20,000 bases of DNA from IMG/VR virus record IMGVR_UViG_3300024270_002537; one strand, written 5' to 3'. This DNA comes from an uncultured virus (IMG/VR IMGVR_UViG_3300024270_002537) (Duplodnaviria > Heunggongvirae > Uroviricota > Caudoviricetes). The notes beneath the pieces are model-generated. The model was not told the origin of the DNA. It did not search any database and was given only the letters and a program-made list of their open reading frames with translations. Shown one piece after another: positions 15,382-20,000 of this stretch; positions within the stretch are counted from its first letter, which is position 1, and every line of letters starts with the position of its first letter. The position numbers and the translations under genes are program-made.

Positions 15382-18093
15382 ATGATGTTTCCGGTATTGG
15401 ATGAGGAGGAAGCAAGAATGCAACATATATTTCAATATGAACGGCATATGAACCTGGATCGTTCAAAGGGTGAAATAGTTCAAGGGATTCCTTGTGGAGT
15501 TGGAGATGCAGATTATGGATTTATGGTTATAGGAACCGGTAAACAAGACTTAAACAGGTCGGACTTTTATCCGACCCTTTTTGCATTGGTGTATAATTTT
15601 CTGATTAGAGATACATGTATTCAGAGAGAAAATTATCCGCAATATATGAAGACGCAGTTTTTCAATCATGAGCTGGATTATGGAAGAGTGTATCGATTTA
15701 TGATGATCTTGATTGACTTGCTTGAGACCGAGGGTGAGACAAAGTTATATTTAAACGTCATAGGAGATATGGATGAGTTCCGTGCGGCAGTGGATATTTT
15801 AAATGAATATTTGGGAGTTTTCGGAAGGTTGATAAAAACCAATCCGAGTTGGATAACAGTGGTACATGATAAAAATGGAAAAAGTATATCCGCTGAAACT
15901 CAAGCAGATTATTGTGTGGAAAATCATACAAAAGATTGTGGATTGAAGAGACGCATTCGGTATGGGAACAGAGTAAATTATAAACTGGATATATCTGACA
16001 AAGAAGATTTGGAGTTTTTGCTGAAAGAAATTTCACCATTTAAGACTTTTAAACGAGGACAGTTTGAAGCGTTATGTTCCATGATGAATTCGAATGGTCA
16101 TGCGGTTTGCATTATGCCGACCGGAAGCGGAAAATCATTGATTTATTACATGGCATGCCTTTTGCAACCGCAAGTGATATTTGTCGTGTCGCCGACAGAT
16201 ATTTTAATTAAAGACCAAATTAGAAATTTGCGTAAAATTCATCATTTTGATAATGTAACCTACTTGGATTTGAATTCGGACAACGATTTTGCATTCTTTC
16301 GTCCGGCCACTAATCTTATTTTCTTGACACCGGCGACATTTCAAAATCGCAATCTGTTCAGTGCATTCAAAAAATGGAAAAAAGAGATTGCGTATGTTGT
16401 TTTAGATGAAATTCATTGTTTGTCAAATTGGGGACATGATTTTCGACCGGAATATCTTATGTTATCAAAAAACATGAGTCAACATTTGGGGGATGCTCGC
16501 TATTTGGGATTTACTGCAACTGCAAATTATACGGTCGCGCAGGATATTCAAAAACAATTGAACATTCCGTTTGAAAATTTCTTTTCACCAATCTTGTTTG
16601 AAAAATATAATATTCGTTATGATTTTAGAGAAGCAGATTCTACAGAAGAAATGTTGCTGCAGGTGAAAGAAATCGGAAAAGAAATCGTGCGAAGAAATGG
16701 GCGTGCCATTGTGTTTACTAAAAATGACACCATATCGCAGCGGGTTGCAGATGCAATCGGATACGAGGCTGATGTGTTTACTGCGGAGGATACGGAAGCA
16801 TACATGCAGTTTGCTGAGGGCCTGTGCAGAATTCTGGTTACGAGTGAAGAACTTGGGATTGGAATTAATCTTCCAAACGTGAATTGCACGGTACATTTTG
16901 GGATGCCTGTTTCGAAAAACGAATATGTTCAGGAGATTGGAAGGGCAGGAAGGATGGGTGAAAAGACTACATCGTATGTGCTTTATCTGAAACCAACAGA
17001 AGGGAACATATCGAAACAGTTGTTGAGTAGGGAAACATCCATATCAGATGAATTTCAGTTGTTAGAAAACATGGAGAACGACTATGCAGACGTATATCGA
17101 AAACTATGCTGTAATACGGATTCAAGAGAAGTATTATCAGTACAACTGCGACATATCTTTGAAGAATTTCAAAAGAAGAAGCAGACAGCTTATATTGTTG
17201 CAAAACCCATAGAATATATGGAGCAATACAAGCGGTTGCTCTATATGCTTTATGTTACAGGATATGTGAAAGACTGGTATACAAACCGTGTGGTTGATGA
17301 AGGACGGCAGATAGAAGTGATTGTTGATATATGCTCAATCCTTAGGGCGGGGCATGAGGTTGCCGTTTTAGATGATGCTGACATGTTGGATAGAATGATT
17401 CATATTTCCAGAGACTATTTTGCATCTATGGGGAATGACCGCGAAAGCGTATTTTTTGTGAGCAGAGCTGAAAGTATTCCGGATATATTGGACATTTATG
17501 TGAAATGGTATTATGACAAATTTTTATATCATCACAAAGAACAGTTTCTGGATGTATTTGAATTTTTCGGGAATAACAGAGAGTGTGATGCTGTGAAAAT
17601 AACGGAAGAGATTGAGGATTATTTTACGCTGCCATTCATACAAATCAAAGAAGATGAAGCGTTTTACGGAAATTTATCGTTTGAAGAGGCTGCGGAACAA
17701 GTTCAAAATGGAATTGGGAAAAATACCTTGTCAAATTTAGAAAGAATTAACAGTGACAACTATTCTTACAAACTTGACTTTCTGCTTTTTGTAGGAAATT
17801 GGGGAAGATGGGGACATTTCGATGTGATGCGGTTGGAACGTTTTTGGGACACATTAAAGGAAGATGAAAAGAATGTGTTTTGGGGAGCATTGAAAGAAGT
17901 TTTTCCAAGGTGCACGTTGGACGCGAAGTGGAGATGTCTCAAATATATCGAAGAACATCAAGACTATCTTGGAATTGAATGGAAAGAATTTCTGGAAGAA
18001 ATTTATCAAAATGGGCCAAGAGATACACTATATTATGGGATTTTATCTGTGATATCAAATGAGAAATTTAGTGAATTTATGAGGAGAAAATAA
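15382..18093 (+). CDS. RecQ-family SF2 helicase with long N- and C-terminal extensions
   Basis: Q motif 'FKRGQFEAL', I 'MPTGSGKSLIY', II 'DEIH', aromatic loop 'WGHDFRPEY', III 'TATA', V 'GIGINLPNV', VI 'YVQEIGRAGR'. No obvious RQC Zn-Cys cluster or HRDC, so not the housekeeping recQ. Confidence 0.88.
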   Translation: MMFPVLDEEEARMQHIFQYERHMNLDRSKGEIVQGIPCGVGDADYGFMVIGTGKQDLNRSDFYPTLFALVYNFLIRDTCIQRENYPQYMKTQFFNHELDYGRVYRFMMILIDLLETEGETKLYLNVIGDMDEFRAAVDILNEYLGVFGRLIKTNPSWITVVHDKNGKSISAETQADYCVENHTKDCGLKRRIRYGNRVNYKLDISDKEDLEFLLKEISPFKTFKRGQFEALCSMMNSNGHAVCIMPTGSGKSLIYYMACLLQPQVIFVVSPTDILIKDQIRNLRKIHHFDNVTYLDLNSDNDFAFFRPATNLIFLTPATFQNRNLFSAFKKWKKEIAYVVLDEIHCLSNWGHDFRPEYLMLSKNMSQHLGDARYLGFTATANYTVAQDIQKQLNIPFENFFSPILFEKYNIRYDFREADSTEEMLLQVKEIGKEIVRRNGRAIVFTKNDTISQRVADAIGYEADVFTAEDTEAYMQFAEGLCRILVTSEELGIGINLPNVNCTVHFGMPVSKNEYVQEIGRAGRMGEKTTSYVLYLKPTEGNISKQLLSRETSISDEFQLLENMENDYADVYRKLCCNTDSREVLSVQLRHIFEEFQKKKQTAYIVAKPIEYMEQYKRLLYMLYVTGYVKDWYTNRVVDEGRQIEVIVDICSILRAGHEVAVLDDADMLDRMIHISRDYFASMGNDRESVFFVSRAESIPDILDIYVKWYYDKFLYHHKEQFLDVFEFFGNNRECDAVKITEEIEDYFTLPFIQIKEDEAFYGNLSFEEAAEQVQNGIGKNTLSNLERINSDNYSYKLDFLLFVGNWGRWGHFDVMRLERFWDTLKEDEKNVFWGALKEVFPRCTLDAKWRCLKYIEEHQDYLGIEWKEFLEEIYQNGPRDTLYYGILSVISNEKFSEFMRRK

Positions 18094-18095
18094 CG

Positions 18096-18596
18096 ATGAT
18101 TGGAACGATTGGAGATTTAGAAAGAGAAATTGAACAGTTTCAAAATAATATTGCGGCATCAGGGGAATTGGTGGCACTGTTAAGAGAAATGTTGAATTCG
18201 GTAAAAATGCAGGAACAAGTGTTTACTGACAAAATGACAATGTTACTTGCAAAAATAGATAGTACACCTGAAAGAATTGTTGCGGACAATTTAAAAATGC
18301 TCGAGAGCACAAAACGCGAATTGGATCAACTATTGTCAGAAAAAAATTACGCTTTTGCGTCTACGCAGGAAAGATTTGTATCTGCATTGGGAGAAACAAA
18401 AACAGAATTGAAAGAATGTGCAGAACAGTTGGAGAAAAAATATGCAAACTTTATAAATGTATTGGAAAGACTGAGAATTACAGACGTATATGAACAAAAT
18501 ATACAAATAAGAAATGAATTGAACAAAAGAACAAGGCTTCTTATGATTTTGTCAGGGGTAAGCGTGATTCTTGGAATTGTAGGTATTATCTTGTAA
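18096..18596 (+). CDS. Coiled-coil protein with C-terminal transmembrane helix, 166 aa
   Basis: RBS GAGGAG inside the helicase 3' end, 2-bp gap after its stop. E/K/L/Q-rich heptads; ends 'LLMILSGVSVILGIVGIIL*'. Confidence 0.8.
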   Translation: MIGTIGDLEREIEQFQNNIAASGELVALLREMLNSVKMQEQVFTDKMTMLLAKIDSTPERIVADNLKMLESTKRELDQLLSEKNYAFASTQERFVSALGETKTELKECAEQLEKKYANFINVLERLRITDVYEQNIQIRNELNKRTRLLMILSGVSVILGIVGIIL

Positions 18597-18601
18597 AAAA
18601 C

Positions 18602-18655
18602 ATGTGAAAATTTTATCAATTTATACTATACAAGATGAAAAATATCGTGTATAAT
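18602..18655 (+). promoter_or_regulatory. pckA promoter with candidate Rex operator
   Basis: TATACA (18627-32), 17-bp spacer, TATAAT (18650-55). Upstream ATGTGAA-aatt-TTATCAA (18602-18619) has two mismatches to the Rex box TTGT(G/T)AA-n4-TT(C/A)ACAA. Confidence 0.45.
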
Positions 18656-18747
18656 GTGTGAAGAAAATTGATAATCGGAGAACCTTCGGGAAAAATCTGA
18701 TTCAATTACATACTCAAATAAAAAGAAGAAAGAAAGAGGTAATGACA

Positions 18748-20000
18748 ATGTCAAAGATTAATTTAGAACAATACGGTATTACCGGAACTACTGAAATCGT
18801 ATACAACCCTTCATACGAAGTATTATTCGAAGAAGAAACAAAAGCTGGTTTGGAAGGTTTTGAAGTAGGACAGGAAAGTGAACTTGGTGCTGTTAACGTT
18901 ATGACAGGTATCTACACAGGACGTTCTCCTAAAGACAAATACATCGTTATGGATGAAAATTCAAAGGATACTGTATGGTGGACAACTGATGAATATAAAA
19001 ACGACAACCACCCAATTTCAGAAGAAGTTTGGGCTGACCTTAAAGCTCGTGCAATCGCAGAACTTTCTAACAAGAGATTGTTCGTAGTTGATGCTTTCTG
19101 TGGTGCTAACGCAGACACAAGAATGGCTATCCGTTTCATCGTGGAAGTTGCTTGGCAGGCACACTTTGTAAAGAACATGTTCATTCAGCCAACAGAAGCT
19201 GAACTTGCAGACTTTACACCGGATTTCGTTATCTACAATGCTTCAAAAGCAAAAGTTGAAAACTACAAAGAATTAGGACTTAACTCTGAAACAGCTGTTG
19301 CATTCAACATCACAAGTAAAGAACAGGTTATCCTTAACACATGGTATGGTGGAGAAATGAAGAAAGGTATGTTCTCTATGATGAACTACTTCCTTCCATT
19401 AAAAGGTATTGCTTCAATGCACTGTTCAGCAAACACAGATATGAATGGTGAAAACACAGCAATCTTCTTTGGTCTTTCAGGAACAGGTAAGACAACATTA
19501 TCTACAGACCCGAAACGTCTTCTTATCGGTGATGACGAACACGGCTGGGATGATGAAGGTGTATTCAACTTCGAAGGAGGATGCTACGCAAAAGTTATCA
19601 ACCTTGATAAGGAATCAGAACCAGACATCTACAATGCAATCAAACGTAACGCATTGTTAGAAAACGTTACATTGGACGCAGAAGGAAAAATCGATTTTGC
19701 TGATGGTAGTGTTACAGAAAATACTCGTGTATCTTACCCAATCGATCACATCGACAACATTGTTCGTCCGGTTTCAGCAGCTCCTGCAGCTAAGAACGTT
19801 ATCTTCTTGTCAGCAGATGCATTTGGAGTACTTCCTCCAGTATCAATTTTGACACCGGAACAGACAAAATACTACTTCTTGTCAGGATTTACAGCAAAAC
19901 TTGCAGGAACAGAGCGTGGTATCACAGAACCAACACCTACATTCTCAGCTTGCTTCGGTCAGGCATTCTTGGAGTTGCATCCAACAAAATATGCTGAAGG
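18748..20000 (+). CDS. pckA: Phosphoenolpyruvate carboxykinase (ATP), 3'-truncated by window
   Basis: Absent from the ORF track because it has no stop in the window. [31 protein letters not shown]…, motifs 'TGRSPKDK', 'YGGEMKKG', 'MHCSAN', '[11 protein letters not shown]', 'IGDDEHGW', 'NFEGGCYAK', 'ENTRVSYP'; highly expressed host codon usage. Confidence 0.98.
   Translation, partial: MSKINLEQYGITGTTEIVYNPSYEVLFEEETKAGLEGFEVGQESELGAVNVMTGIYTGRSPKDKYIVMDENSKDTVWWTTDEYKNDNHPISEEVWADLKARAIAELSNKRLFVVDAFCGANADTRMAIRFIVEVAWQAHFVKNMFIQPTEAELADFTPDFVIYNASKAKVENYKELGLNSETAVAFNITSKEQVILNTWYGGEMKKGMFSMMNYFLPLKGIASMHCSANTDMNGENTAIFFGLSGTGKTTLSTDPKRLLIGDDEHGWDDEGVFNFEGGCYAKVINLDKESEPDIYNAIKRNALLENVTLDAEGKIDFADGSVTENTRVSYPIDHIDNIVRPVSAAPAAKNVIFLSADAFGVLPPVSILTPEQTKYYFLSGFTAKLAGTERGITEPTPTFSACFGQAFLELHPTKYAE

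Noticed and set aside
13969..15400. Stop-codon reassignment (TAA read as Gln) explaining the in-frame stops
   Set aside because: TAA is the normal terminator of many intact genes here (TMP, tail, holin, lysin, helicase), and a nearby recombinase remnant is also decayed, so pseudogenisation is more parsimonious.
15382..18093. Calling this gene the housekeeping recQ
   Set aside because: It lacks evident RQC/HRDC domains, has long unrelated extensions and sits in accessory DNA.
196..19660. Numerous minus-strand and alternate-frame ORFs of 60-230 aa in the ORF track
   Set aside because: All overlap well-supported + strand genes, lack recognisable motifs, and look like antisense shadows.
1..20000. 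CRISPR array, tRNA, rRNA or IS element
   Set aside because: No regularly spaced repeats, cloverleaf/rRNA-like sequence, transposase or terminal inverted repeats with target duplication were seen.

Overview
This window reads as a Firmicutes (Clostridia/Lachnospiraceae-like) chromosome segment, and every credible gene is on the + strand. 1-7276 is the right arm of a siphovirus-type prophage: tape measure 3' part, three tail genes, holin, and an amidase + GH73 endolysin. 7280-8913 is an AT-rich cassette with its own promoter and terminator, holding two PD-(D/E)XK-like nuclease genes. 8993-13247 is an integration module: a 56-aa ORF and two paralogous large serine recombinases. The second recombinase reads through an RlmD/RumA-tail-like motif (VETVALLSR, the likely attR) into an ASCH domain and ends in a second copy of the motif (DESVCLLSRK*) 384 bp later. 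13248-18600 looks like accreted, partly decaying cargo: a 120-aa orphan, an XRE HTH, an ORF6N-domain gene with an in-frame TAA and a perfect 33-bp internal palindrome, a 66-bp recombinase remnant, a RecQ-like helicase split from an in-frame upstream ORF by one TAA, and a membrane-anchored coiled-coil protein. Host core sequence resumes with pckA (18748 to window end). Family calls come from motif recognition by eye; no database searches were run.
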